Source: Vicinamibacteria bacterium
Lineage (GTDB): Bacteria > Acidobacteriota > Vicinamibacteria > Marinacidobacterales > Marinacidobacteraceae
DNA: 64,000 nt
Reading direction: 5' to 3'
NCBI GenBank assembly: GCA_965199715.1
Contig: OZ241322.1
Location: forward strand, 1,248,001 to 1,312,000
Shown: positions 1 to 9,943 of the stretch, piece after piece
Position numbering within the stretch: position 1 is the stretch's first letter
Layout of the letters: each line of letters opens with the position of its first letter
Notes under the pieces: model-generated
Database searches by the model: none
What the model saw: only the letters and a program-made list of their open reading frames with translations
Told to the model about the DNA's origin: nothing
Program-made: the position numbers and the translations under genes

Positions 1-1
1 C

Positions 2-1027
2 ACGAGTTCGGCGCTCAACCCGTGGAAGCTCGACCGGACCAGCTTCGGGTCGTCCAGCGGGACCGTCTCGGCGGCGGTCGCCGGGCTGATCGGGTTCGGG
101 ATCGGGACCGAGACCGGCGGCTCGATCGTGTTTCCGGCGTCGGCGGTCGGGGCGTCGGGCCTGCGGCCGACCTTCGGGCGGGTGAGCCGCTTCGGCTGCA
201 TGGCGCTCTCGTGGAGCCTCGACAAGATCGGCCCGGTGGGGCGCTCCGCCGAGGACTGCGGACACGTCCTCGAGCGCATCGCCGGACCCGATCCGCGGGA
301 CTCCTCGACGGCGGGCCGGGGCTTCGAGTTCCGCGCCGATCCGGGGTCGATGCGCGGGCGGCGGCTCGGGGTCCACCGGGCCGAGTTCCTGCTGTCGCAG
401 TCGGAGACCACCCGCCGGGCGTTCCAGGACGCGCTCGACGTCTTCGCTCGGATGGGGGTCGTCGTCGAGGACGTCGAGCTGCCGAGCTTCCCCACCGGAG
501 CGCTGTTCACGACGATCGTCACCGTCGAGAGCGGAGCCAACTTCAAGTCCCTCTTCGACGACGGCGGCGCCGCGCGGATGTTCTCGTTCAACGAGGATCG
601 CCGCGCGGGATGGATGGCGGGCCGGATGCTGCCGGCGGCGGACTACCTGACCGCGCAGCGGATCCGGAACCGGCTCGTGCGCGAGGCCGACGAGATCGTC
701 TCGCGCTACGACGCGGTGATCGCGCCCACGTGGCCGAACGGCGCCGCGCTCCGGACCGTCCGCGACGGCTGGCCGATCCCGGCGCGGAACGAATGGGAGC
801 CGCCCGACGAGGTCTCGAGCCGCACGCCCCGCCTGAACTACGTCGCGAACCTCGTCGGCCATCCCGGCCTCGCGATCCCGTGCGGATTCGACGAGGACAG
901 GATGCCGCTCTCGCTCCAGATCGTCGCCTCGCCCATGGACGACCAGTCGGCGCTGGATTTCGGGATGGCGTTCCAGCGGGAGACCGACTGGCACCGCCGA
1001 CGACCTCCGTTCCCGTGGCGGGAGTAA
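2..1027 (+). CDS. Amidase signature family protein (5' truncated by window edge)
   Basis: Frame open from base 2: NPWKLDRTSFGSSSG...GTETGGSIVFP...GLRPTFGRVSR; C-terminal LVGHPGLAIPCG...PLSLQI. Confidence 0.9.
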   Translation, partial: TSSALNPWKLDRTSFGSSSGTVSAAVAGLIGFGIGTETGGSIVFPASAVGASGLRPTFGRVSRFGCMALSWSLDKIGPVGRSAEDCGHVLERIAGPDPRDSSTAGRGFEFRADPGSMRGRRLGVHRAEFLLSQSETTRRAFQDALDVFARMGVVVEDVELPSFPTGALFTTIVTVESGANFKSLFDDGGAARMFSFNEDRRAGWMAGRMLPAADYLTAQRIRNRLVREADEIVSRYDAVIAPTWPNGAALRTVRDGWPIPARNEWEPPDEVSSRTPRLNYVANLVGHPGLAIPCGFDEDRMPLSLQIVASPMDDQSALDFGMAFQRETDWHRRRPPFPWRE

Positions 1028-2316
1028 CCCGCCGCGCGTTTCTCGCCGGCGCCGCCGCGCTGCCGGCGACGGGGCTCGCCCGGCAGGCCGGGGAGTTCGA
1101 CCTGCTGCTGCGGGGCGGGCGCCTGATCGATCCGAGGAACGGAGTGGACGCGGTCCGGGACATCGGGATCCGCGACGGAAGGGTGGCGGCGGCGGCGCCC
1201 GCGCTCGATCCGGCGCGCTCGGTCAAGGTCGTCGAGTGCGGCGGGCTCCTCGTCACGCCCGGCCTGATCGACATGCACGTGCACGCCTTCGCCGGCGGCG
1301 GCGAGCGCGGCTCCTACGCCGGCGACAACAGCGTGTACCCCGACGGCTTCAGCCTCCGTTCGGGGGTCACGACGGTGCTCGACGCCGGGTGCGCCGGCTG
1401 GCGGAATTTCGAGCGCTTCCGGGAGACGGTCGTCAGCCGGTCCCGCACCCGCGTCCTCGCGCTCGCCAACATCGTGGGCCGCGGGATGCGCGGCGGTGAT
1501 ATCGAGCAGGATCTCGCCGACATGCGGGCGGAGCCGACCGCGGCGCTGGTCCGGGAGCACCGGGACGTCCTCGTGGGCGTCAAGACCGCCCACTACGCCG
1601 GGCCGGACTGGTTCCCGGTGGAGGAGTCGGTGCGCGCCGGCGACTCCGCGGGCGTTCCGGTGATGGTGGACTTCGGCGCGAACCTGCCCGAACGCCCGCT
1701 CGAGACGCTGCTCGGCGAAAAGCTGCGGGCGGGCGACATCTACACCCACTGCTTCGCCGGAAACCGCCGCGAGCTGCTCCCGGACGGAACCCCGAATCCC
1801 GGCCTCTTCGCCGGGCGCGAGCGCGGGGTGATCTTCGACGTGGGGCACGGCGGCGGCAGCTTCCGGTGGAGCGTGGCGGCGGCGTGCCTCGAGGCGGGGT
1901 TCCCTCCGGACTCCATTTCGACCGACCTGCACATCGGCTCGATGAACGCCGGGATGCAGGACCAGGTCACCACCATGAGCAAATTCCTCGCGCTCGGCGA
2001 GCCGCTCGACGCCGTGATCCGGCAGTCCACCTGGAACCCGGCCCGGATCCTGGGGCGCGAGGATCTGGGGCACCTGTCGGTCGGCGCGATCGCCGACGTG
2101 GCGGCGCTGGCGCTCGAGACCGGGAGCTTCGGGTTCGTGGACAGCTTCGGCGCCCGGCACGACGGCGGCGAGCGGCTGACTTGCGAGATGACGTTCAAGG
2201 ACGGGCGCCTCGCGTGGGATCCGAACGGGCGGACCCGGCGCCACTGGAGCGAACTTCCGCCGCTGCACGAAGCCGAGGGCGATCCGCGCTGGGACGGGAT
2301 CCTCCATCGGAGGTAG
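1015..2316 (+). CDS. Metal-dependent amidohydrolase/deacetylase (dihydroorotase-like) with Tat signal
   Basis: GTG at 1015; TRRAFL twin-arginine motif; PGLIDMHVH, THCF, DVGHGGGSF and ISTDLH motifs. Confidence 0.85.
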   Translation: MAGVTRRAFLAGAAALPATGLARQAGEFDLLLRGGRLIDPRNGVDAVRDIGIRDGRVAAAAPALDPARSVKVVECGGLLVTPGLIDMHVHAFAGGGERGSYAGDNSVYPDGFSLRSGVTTVLDAGCAGWRNFERFRETVVSRSRTRVLALANIVGRGMRGGDIEQDLADMRAEPTAALVREHRDVLVGVKTAHYAGPDWFPVEESVRAGDSAGVPVMVDFGANLPERPLETLLGEKLRAGDIYTHCFAGNRRELLPDGTPNPGLFAGRERGVIFDVGHGGGSFRWSVAAACLEAGFPPDSISTDLHIGSMNAGMQDQVTTMSKFLALGEPLDAVIRQSTWNPARILGREDLGHLSVGAIADVAALALETGSFGFVDSFGARHDGGERLTCEMTFKDGRLAWDPNGRTRRHWSELPPLHEAEGDPRWDGILHRR

Positions 2317-2320
2317 GACC

Positions 2321-3502
2321 ATGAGCGTGAAAGTGACGAGGCGGGGCCTCCTTCAGGGCGCGGCGGCGCTCGGGGCCGCCGGCTGCGCCGCGCCGGCGCC
2401 CGAAGCTCGCCCCGAGTCGGTGTACGAACGGCTCGGCGTGCGTCCGGTCATCAACGGCGTCGGAACCGTGACGGTGCTGGGCGGCTCGCTCATTCCGCCC
2501 GAAGTCATGGACGCGATGGCGATGGCGTCGCGCAGCTTCGTGCCGCTGCCCGAGCTCCAAGAACGCGCCGGCGACCGCATCGCCGAACTCATCGGCGTGC
2601 CCGCGGCGATGATCGCGTGCGGAGCCGCGTCCGCGATCACCTGCGGGACCGCGGCGGCGGTCGCCGGCGACGACGACGAGGCGCTGCGGCGGCTCCCGGA
2701 CGTGGGCGGGCTGAAGAACGAGGTGATCCAGCAGCACGCGCACCACACCGGATACCAAGCGCAGATGGAGCTGGTCGGCGCGAAGGTCGTGTGGGTGGAG
2801 ACGCGGGAGGAGCTGGAGGCGGCGTTCAACGAACGCACCGCCATGACGTTCTGGCTCAACTTCGCCGAACCCCGGGGCAAGATCGGCCGGTCCGAGTGGA
2901 TCGAGGTCGCGCGAGCGCACGGCGTCCCGACGATGAACGACGCCGCCGCCGACATCCCGCCGCCCGAGCGGTTGCGCGGCTACGTCGAGCAAGGCTTCGA
3001 CATGGTCATCTTCTCCGGCGGCAAGGGATTTCGGGGGCCGCAGGCGTCGGGCCTGCTGCTCGGCCGCCCCGACCTCGTCAAGGCGGCGCGCAAGGCCATC
3101 AGCCCCCACGCCGGAATCGGGCGCGGGATGAAGGTCGGCAAGGAGGAGATCGTCGGCCTCGTCGCCGCGGTCGAGCGCTATCTCGCCCTCGACCACGCCG
3201 CCGAACGGCGCGCGCTGGACGAGCGGGCGGTCCGGGTGCGGGGGATTCTCGAAGGAGTCGCGGGCCTGACCTGCCGGACCGTGGTGCCCGAGATCGCGAA
3301 CCACGTCCCGCACGTGGTCGCGAGCTGGAGCGAGGCCGACCTCGGCCTGACGACGCAGGACGCGGTCCAACGGCTCCTCGAGGGCGACCCGCCGATCGCG
3401 GTGTCCCGCACCGGCGAGGGCCGCCTGCGGATCTCGATGTGGATGCTCCGCGACGGCGAGGACGTCGCCGTCGCGGAGCGGGTCCGGTCGCTGTTCGGCT
3501 GA
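2321..3502 (+). CDS. SelA-like/DgaE-like PLP-dependent enzyme, Tat lipoprotein
   Basis: TRRGLL then AAGC lipobox-like site; LGVRPVINGVGTVTVLGGS; FSGGK PLP lysine; IGRGMKVGKEEI. Confidence 0.85.
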   Translation: MSVKVTRRGLLQGAAALGAAGCAAPAPEARPESVYERLGVRPVINGVGTVTVLGGSLIPPEVMDAMAMASRSFVPLPELQERAGDRIAELIGVPAAMIACGAASAITCGTAAAVAGDDDEALRRLPDVGGLKNEVIQQHAHHTGYQAQMELVGAKVVWVETREELEAAFNERTAMTFWLNFAEPRGKIGRSEWIEVARAHGVPTMNDAAADIPPPERLRGYVEQGFDMVIFSGGKGFRGPQASGLLLGRPDLVKAARKAISPHAGIGRGMKVGKEEIVGLVAAVERYLALDHAAERRALDERAVRVRGILEGVAGLTCRTVVPEIANHVPHVVASWSEADLGLTTQDAVQRLLEGDPPIAVSRTGEGRLRISMWMLRDGEDVAVAERVRSLFG

Positions 3503-3606
3503 CGGAGCGCGTCAGGAAATCGAGAGAATCTCCCAGTTGTTCGTCCCGGCCACTCGCTGGGCGTGAAACTGGCAGATCACTCACCCCTTCGATCTGGGAG
3601 CGACGC

Positions 3607-4660
3607 ATGGCCGTCGACTACGACGCCATCCGCGACCGAAACACGATCAGGCACGGAACGAACATTGGGAACACCGGGGCGTTGCTCCTCTCGAATCGCT
3701 ACGCCAACCGCACTCATTTCATCTTCGCGTTGCTGCAACACGCCGAGGACGCCTTGGCACGGGGACGAACTCGGCCAAGATCGCGCCGAGTTCGCTTCGA
3801 TCTGGATGCGCGAGTCCTGCGGGTTTCGCACTTCGGCATCCCATTCGACGAACACGATGTGGAGGGCATCCGCGACATCGGACAGACGGGGAAGGATCGT
3901 GCGGGCCTTACGACAATCGGGCGATTCGGCATCGGGTTCAAGTCCGTGTTCGAATTCACCCAACGACCCGAAATACATTCGGGCCCCTACGTTTTCGCCA
4001 TGGAGAACTACGTCCATCCCTTCGCCGCTCCCAAGATTGACCGTAAGGGTGACGAAACCGTCATTCGAATTCCGCTTCGAGGTGATGTCGCGCGGGACAG
4101 CATCGTCAAGGGGCTCGCGGGACTTCAGTCCACGGCTCTCTCTTTCTTCGTGAAATTGAAGAGATTTCATGCCACAGGCACGGAATGGAAGAGGCACTTC
4201 ACCAACGGGCGACTCGGCGGCATGACTCCAATCTCCGAGTGGTGACCATCACGCAATCCACGAAGGGGTCGCCGGGCCAGAGACTCGAGTTTCTCGTCGC
4301 TTCGCGGGATGTCCCTCCACCCGACGGCCTCGCCGGACGGCGGGTTCCGCCAGTCGAAATCGCATGGAAACTCACCGGTGACGGCCAAGAACGATTCAGG
4401 AAGATCGACCGACCACCCCTATACGCATTCTTCAGCACGGGTGTCGAGACCGGGCTTTCATTCGTGGTTCAAGGTCCGTATCGAACAACGCCGAGTCGAG
4501 ACCATGTCCCCCAAGACGACGAATGGAACCGGAAGTGCTTCGCGGAGACTGGGCTCCTGCTGGGCGACGCCCTTGTACAGTTGCGCGACGAAGGCATTCT
4601 GGATACCGCTGCCTGGCGGTGCCTGCCCGTTGGTCTTGATCCCACGGAGGGTCTGGAGAC
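3607..4660 (+). pseudogene. Sacsin-like N-terminal GHKL ATPase-domain gene remnant (frameshifted, 3' truncated)
   Basis: HFIFALLQHAEDA (degenerate ELLQNAEDA) and IGRFGIGFKSVF; frameshift near 4140 restores LLFLREIEEI; then PLYAFF..TGLSFVVQGPYRTTPSRD; lower GC3 than flanks; end coordinate approximate. Confidence 0.75.
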
Positions 4661-4689
4661 CGAAGCGCTGGAAGTTCTTCAGCTGCGGG

Positions 4690-5514
4690 AGATGGGCGCG
4701 GCCGAGGCTGCGACGCTCGGCGCGCTGCCGGCGACGACGTCCCCGTCCTCCCACTGGCCGTTGAGGAAGACCTCGTTGCGGTCGTTCGCCTTGAACGTTA
4801 GCTTGAGGCCTGGCTTCTGGCTGTCGGTCCGGTCCCGGTCGCCATCGAGGGTTCGTTCCCCGCCTCCCACGCGCTGTCCCGCACGTCGCCGCCGCTCGCC
4901 ATGAACCAGATCCGGTCGCGCCGGATCGGCCCGCCGAGCGTAGAGGTGATGTCCTGGTAGCTGTCGCGCTCGTAGGCGAAGGCGTTCGGAGTCCCCTCGG
5001 ACAGGGGCGCGCCGGTGCCCGCGTCGGCGAAGACCTCGGGGAAGGTGAGCGAGTCGTGCTGGTGGAAGTAGTCGTAGAAGTTCCGCTCGGTGGGGAGCTC
5101 CTCCACGAACTCGGAGTCGAGGGTCGTGACCTGCGAATTCGAGGCTACGTCCAGCAGCGGCGCTTCGGCGACGACCTGCACGGTCTCGGCGAGCGTCGAT
5201 GGAGAAAGCCGGGTGTCCAGCGTGGCCGTCGTGTTCTGGCCGATGCGCACGCCCTCGTAACGCGCCGAGGCGAGCCCGGCGTGCGACAGTTCGACCGCGT
5301 ACTCCCCCGGCGCGAGCTGCGGAAACCGGAACACTCCGGATTCGGTCGTGACGCCGGTGCGGGAGCCGCCGATGATGGCGTCGCTTGCGGGGGTCACGGC
5401 GACGCCCGGCAAGACTCCGCCGGTGTCGTCCGTGACCGCGCCCCGGATCCGCCCGTTGTCCTGGGCGAACGCGGGCGCGGCGAGGACGAGCGCGAGCGGC
5501 GCGGCGCCCTTTAC
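4690..5514 (-). pseudogene. Degraded paralog of the TonB-dependent receptor at 7070-9907 (N-terminal part only)
   Basis: Near-identical peptide blocks (AQDNG.IRG.VTD.TGGVLPGV; ERNFYDY; QHDSLTFPEVFADAGTG; GLKLT.K.NDRNE); GTA at the expected start; 282-bp internal deletion; frameshift near 4835; truncated. Confidence 0.85.
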
Positions 5515-6992
5515 TCCGAAGTGCGCAGGATGAAGCCGCCCACGTCCTCCTTCCATTGCGGCAACAACGACTGGTCCACGTACATCATGTGGCCGGCGGC
5601 GAAGTCGGCGCGTTCGACGTTCTCGCGGAGCTCCGGCGGGAGGCCCATTCGGTCCACGGTCCAGACAGCCGCGAAGTACGGGGTCGCGAGATCGTAGATC
5701 CCGTTCACCAGCAGCACCTTGAGCTCGGGGTTGCGTCGCATCGCCCGGGCGAGGTCGGGGGCCACGTTGGGCGTGCCTCCGCCCCGCACGAAGCCGCCGC
5801 CTCCGCCGAGCCGGCCCCAGTTCCAGTTGCGCGTGCCGCCGCTCGGCACGTACTCGCGCGTTCCGTCGTAGCCGAGCTCGCTGCGGAGATAGCTGTTGAA
5901 CGCGGAGGTGTAGGCCGAGCTGATCGCGGTGGACTGCGGGTCGTGCGACGGCCGGGCGCCCAGCACGTTCCCCGCCGGGCCAGTGAAGCGCGCGTCGAGG
6001 CGGCCGACGATCCGGCCCTCGTCGCGGAGCAGCTCCGCTTCGAAGGCGGGCGCGGTGACCCGCAAGTCGGACTTGTCGATGAAGTCCTTGCTGAGGCCGG
6101 TGTACCGGTGCATTTCGTCGATGATCCGCTCGCGCCGGGCCGGGTCGAGCGTCCCGCCGGCGAGCAGCGCGGTCGCGTACTCGTTCAGCGACCACCCCTC
6201 GACCTCGGCCATGAAGGCCCCGAGATCGTCGGGCGAGCCGCCGGGGAGGCGGTCGAGGTAGCGGGCGGTGACCGCGTAGCCGGGCAGGTTCACGATGTAC
6301 GGGAGGTCGTCGCCGGGCGCGAACTGGATCGTGTTGAACTGGAGCACGACCGAGACCAGCACGATGCCGTTGAGGTCGATGTTGGCGCGCTGCAGGTGGC
6401 CGGCCAGCACCGCCGAGCGGGTCGTCCCGTAGCTCTCGCCGAGGAGGTGCCGGGGCGAATTCCAGCGGTCGTACTCGCTCAGGAAGCGGCGGATGAACTG
6501 CGCCAGCGAGCGGGCGTCCTCGTCGATCCCCCAGTACTCGGATCCCTCGGTTCCCTCGAGCGCATGGCTGAACCCGGTGCCGATCGGATCCACCATGACG
6601 ATGTCGGCGACGTCGAGCAGCGTGTACTGGTTGTCCTCGAGCGGGTACGGCGGCGCGCCCTGCGGCCCGACGTCGGGCGTGACGACGCGGCGCGGCCCCA
6701 TGATTCCCATGTGGAGCCAGAAGGACGCGCTGCCGGGTCCGCCGTTGAACGAGAAGATCAGCGGGCGCTCGCCCGACGGCGCGCCGTTGGTGCGGAAGTA
6801 CGCCGTGTAAAAGAGCTTGGCCGCGTCCTCGCCGTCGTCGTTCGTGAGCGTCGTGCTCGCGACCACCGCGTCGTACTCGACCGCCTCGCCGCCGATCATG
6901 ATCGAGTGGCTGGTCTCCCAGCGGGCCGGCTCGTCCTCGGCGAAGACGACCGGCGGCGCGAGGACGGCGAGCAGCAGAACCTTCTTGAACAT
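5511..6992 (-). CDS. Secreted serine carboxypeptidase, peptidase S10 family
   Basis: Signal MFKKVLLLAVLAPPVVFA; FNGGPGSAS, DPIGTGFS, GESYG (catalytic Ser), AGHMMY (His). Confidence 0.9.
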   Translation of the reverse strand: MFKKVLLLAVLAPPVVFAEDEPARWETSHSIMIGGEAVEYDAVVASTTLTNDDGEDAAKLFYTAYFRTNGAPSGERPLIFSFNGGPGSASFWLHMGIMGPRRVVTPDVGPQGAPPYPLEDNQYTLLDVADIVMVDPIGTGFSHALEGTEGSEYWGIDEDARSLAQFIRRFLSEYDRWNSPRHLLGESYGTTRSAVLAGHLQRANIDLNGIVLVSVVLQFNTIQFAPGDDLPYIVNLPGYAVTARYLDRLPGGSPDDLGAFMAEVEGWSLNEYATALLAGGTLDPARRERIIDEMHRYTGLSKDFIDKSDLRVTAPAFEAELLRDEGRIVGRLDARFTGPAGNVLGARPSHDPQSTAISSAYTSAFNSYLRSELGYDGTREYVPSGGTRNWNWGRLGGGGGFVRGGGTPNVAPDLARAMRRNPELKVLLVNGIYDLATPYFAAVWTVDRMGLPPELRENVERADFAAGHMMYVDQSLLPQWKEDVGGFILRTSE

Positions 6993-7017
6993 GGGAGCGA
7001 ACCTCAAATTGAGGAAA

Positions 7018-7049
7018 CGGGGAGCCGCCCGAAGACGGGCGGCTCCCCG
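7018..7049 (-). terminator. Intrinsic terminator-like hairpin after the TonB receptor
   Basis: Perfect 14-bp stem cggggagccgcccg-aaga-cgggcggctccccg followed by TTT on the minus strand. Confidence 0.75.
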
Positions 7050-7069
7050 GTGGACGGACGGGCCGTCGA

Positions 7070-9907
7070 TCAGAACACGAAGCCGGCGAGGAACATCAGG
7101 CGGCGCGGCTCGACCCAGCTCGATGGGATGAACTGCTCGCCCGGATTCTCGATGCGCAGGCTGGAGTTCCAGATGCTCGCGGTGCTGTTCAGCGCGTTGT
7201 AGAGATAGGCGTCCAGCTTCAACTGCAGGTCGCCGACGTTGACGCGCCGGCCGAGGCGCAGGTCCAGCATCATGATGTCCGGGTGGTTCAGCCCGTCCCG
7301 GGTCCCGGCGAGCTCCACGATGAAGTTCTGCGACGGCTGCGCCGTCACGCCCCCCGGCGCCCGGATCTGGCGTGAGAAGGGCTTTCCGCTCTCGAAGTTG
7401 GCGTTCACCCCGAGCAGGAAGTCCCACGGAAGGAACCAGACGCCCTGCAGCCGGAACATGTGCGGGCGGTCGCCCTGGAGCCGCTGCCCGTCGTTCAGGT
7501 TCATGTAGGCGTTCGGATCCTGACCGACCGAGCTTCCGTAGAACGGGTTGTTCTGCGACTCGTACCACGGCCGCGGAATCAGGCCCTCCGACCGCGAGTA
7601 CGTGTACGAGCCCTGGAGGCTCCAGACGCTGGAATCGCGGGCCGCGAAGGTGAACACGACGCCGTCGTAGGTCTGCTCGTACTTGTCCGGGGCGCCCGGG
7701 AAATCGCCGGGGGTGTTCCCCTTGACGAGCGTCGGCTGGACCGTCTGGCTGAGCAGGGTGACCGGATTCCCGTTGTACGGGTCGTTCCACTGCACCGTCT
7801 CGTACTGCCCGCCGAGGATGGACCAGCCCACGAGCCGATCCGTGTACTTGTGGACGTACTGCACCCCGACGGACATGTTGTTCCCGACCTCGCGCTCGTA
7901 GGCGGCCGTGTAGTGGTAGGAGCGTGGAGCCAGCAGGTTCTCGGGCTGCGCCCGATCCTCCACCGTGGTGGCGAAGAGCAAGTCGCCGAGCGAGCCGTCG
8001 TCGTTCAGCGCGTAGAGCTGCCAAGGGGTCGTTCCGGGCGCCGGAGCGTCCCAGTTCCCGATCACGTTCTGGTCGTAATGGATCCCGAAGAACCCCTTGA
8101 TGGCCGAACGCCCAGCGTCGTCGGGGCGGAACGTGAAGCCGACCCTGGGACTCACCAAGTTCCACGAGACGATGCTCGGATTGCCGGGGGCGGTTCCCGA
8201 AGTCGAGACCGCGTTGATCGCCTCGAACTCGCTGTCCTGCCCGCCGTCCGGCACCGCGAGGATTTCGTACGCGGGGACTTCGCCCCGGTTCAGATCCACC
8301 CGGACGCCGAGGTTCAGCGTCAGCCGGTCGTTCACCGTGACCGTGTCGTCGATGAAGAACCCGTTGTCGCGGGAGATGCCGCCGTAGCGGTACGGCTCCT
8401 GGATGACCTGATAGAGCAGGCCGCCCGACTGGTACTGGTAGGCGCTGTTCGGTCCGGCCGCCACCGCCGTCACCGCGACGCCCTGCGCGAGCTGGACCCC
8501 GAAGCGGAACTCGTGCTGCGCTCCGAGGAAGTCGTCGGCGTAGTGGGTCACCTTGGCGTTGAACTGGTTGCTCCACGTGCGGTAGTCCCACGGAAAGACG
8601 ATGCCGCCCGAGTACGTGGTGTTCGGCTCGGCGTCGTAGTTCACGAAGGGCATCTCGAAGGTGCCCGTCGGCGAGTCGTGGATGTCGCTCGCGTGCCAGC
8701 CGGCGTAGCGCGCCTCCAGCAGGGTGTTGTCGGAGATGGTCCACGTCCACCCGAGCGATCCGGCGATGTTCTGGCCCCGCTCGACGTATGCCGCCGACGC
8801 CGCGACGTTCGGGGAACTTCCCGAGATGCCGGCCCAGTCCTCGACCTGGCTATTGAAGAAAATCTCGTTGCGGTCGTTCAGCTTCAGCGTCAGCTTGAGG
8901 CCGATCTTGTCGTTCTCGCTGAGGTCCGACGTGGCCACGGAAGGGTCGTTGCCCGCCTCCCAGGCGCTGTCCCTCGTGTAGCCGCCGCTCGCCATGAACC
9001 AGGCGCGCTCCCGGACGACCGGCCCGCCGAGCGTAAAGGTGATGTCCTGGTAGTTGTCGCGCTCGTAGGCGAAGGAGTTCGGCGACCCCTCGGACACCGG
9101 CTCGCCGGTGCCCGCGTCGGCGAAGACCTCGGGGAAGGTGAGCGAGTCGTGCTGGTAGAAGTAGTTGCCGGTCCCGCTGAAGGTATCGCCGCCCTTCTTG
9201 GTCACGATGTTGAACACGCCGCCGGTGGAGTTCCCGAACTCGGCCGGGGCCCCCACCCCGATGATCTCCACTTCCTCGATCGCGTCCACGTTCGGATCCC
9301 ACCACGACGATCCCGTCTCCGGCGCGCTCGACTCGATCCCGTCGATGTTCCACGAGTTCGACTGCTGGTTCGATCCGAAGGCGATCGTCCGGTCGCCCCC
9401 GCCGCCGCTGTTCATCTGGCTCATGCCGGGGGCGATGTGGATGTAGTCGTAGAAGTTCCGCTCGGTGGGGAGCTCCTCCACGAACTCGGAGCTGAAGGTC
9501 GTGACCTGGGAGTTGGAGGCCACGTCCAGCAGCGGCGCTTCGGCGACAACCTGCACGGTCTCGGCCAGCGTCGAGAGCGTGAGGCCCGTGTCCAGCGTGG
9601 CCGTCGTGTTCTGGCCGATGCGCACGCCCTCGTAACGCACCGAATCGAACCCGCCGAGCGTCAGCTCCACGACGTATTCGCCGGGAGCAAGCTGGGGGAA
9701 ACGGAAGACGCCCGAATCGTTCGTGACGCCGGTGCGGGACCCGCCGATGATGGCGTCGCTGGTCACGGAGACGGTGACGCCCGGCAGCACGCCGCCCGTC
9801 TCGTCGGTGACCGTGCCCCGAATGAGCCCGTTGTCCTGGGCGAACCCCGGGGCCGCGAGGGCGAGCGACAGGACGGCGCCCGCCGCAACTCGAAATCTGT
9901 GAGTCAT
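7070..9907 (-). CDS. TonB-dependent receptor, Oar-like, with carboxypeptidase-regulatory-like N-domain
   Basis: Signal peptide; IRGTVTDETGGVLPGVTV; plug PAEFGNSTGGVFNIVTKKG; RLTLNLGVRVD; C-terminal aromatic strand LAGFVF. Confidence 0.92.
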   Translation of the reverse strand: MTHRFRVAAGAVLSLALAAPGFAQDNGLIRGTVTDETGGVLPGVTVSVTSDAIIGGSRTGVTNDSGVFRFPQLAPGEYVVELTLGGFDSVRYEGVRIGQNTTATLDTGLTLSTLAETVQVVAEAPLLDVASNSQVTTFSSEFVEELPTERNFYDYIHIAPGMSQMNSGGGGDRTIAFGSNQQSNSWNIDGIESSAPETGSSWWDPNVDAIEEVEIIGVGAPAEFGNSTGGVFNIVTKKGGDTFSGTGNYFYQHDSLTFPEVFADAGTGEPVSEGSPNSFAYERDNYQDITFTLGGPVVRERAWFMASGGYTRDSAWEAGNDPSVATSDLSENDKIGLKLTLKLNDRNEIFFNSQVEDWAGISGSSPNVAASAAYVERGQNIAGSLGWTWTISDNTLLEARYAGWHASDIHDSPTGTFEMPFVNYDAEPNTTYSGGIVFPWDYRTWSNQFNAKVTHYADDFLGAQHEFRFGVQLAQGVAVTAVAAGPNSAYQYQSGGLLYQVIQEPYRYGGISRDNGFFIDDTVTVNDRLTLNLGVRVDLNRGEVPAYEILAVPDGGQDSEFEAINAVSTSGTAPGNPSIVSWNLVSPRVGFTFRPDDAGRSAIKGFFGIHYDQNVIGNWDAPAPGTTPWQLYALNDDGSLGDLLFATTVEDRAQPENLLAPRSYHYTAAYEREVGNNMSVGVQYVHKYTDRLVGWSILGGQYETVQWNDPYNGNPVTLLSQTVQPTLVKGNTPGDFPGAPDKYEQTYDGVVFTFAARDSSVWSLQGSYTYSRSEGLIPRPWYESQNNPFYGSSVGQDPNAYMNLNDGQRLQGDRPHMFRLQGVWFLPWDFLLGVNANFESGKPFSRQIRAPGGVTAQPSQNFIVELAGTRDGLNHPDIMMLDLRLGRRVNVGDLQLKLDAYLYNALNSTASIWNSSLRIENPGEQFIPSSWVEPRRLMFLAGFVF

Positions 9908-9943
9908 TTGGGTGAAACTCCACTCCGCCCGAATTCAGGCGGA

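Noticed and set aside
22-1014. N-terminal extensions of several track ORFs (22-2316, 2617-4245, 5511-8750, 31655-36142, 54837-58097)
   Set aside because: Stop-free upstream frames overlapping other genes; starts were reassigned from signal peptides, motif onset and stop-start coupling
2321-3502. True selenocysteine synthase or selenoprotein recoding
   Set aside because: Tat signal, short length and amidohydrolase partner fit the SelA-like family; no selB, selC, selD or in-frame TGA seen
4690-9907. Receptor copy as a diversity-generating retroelement template/variable pair
   Set aside because: Differences are largely synonymous and involve all bases rather than adenines, and there is no reverse transcriptase in the window
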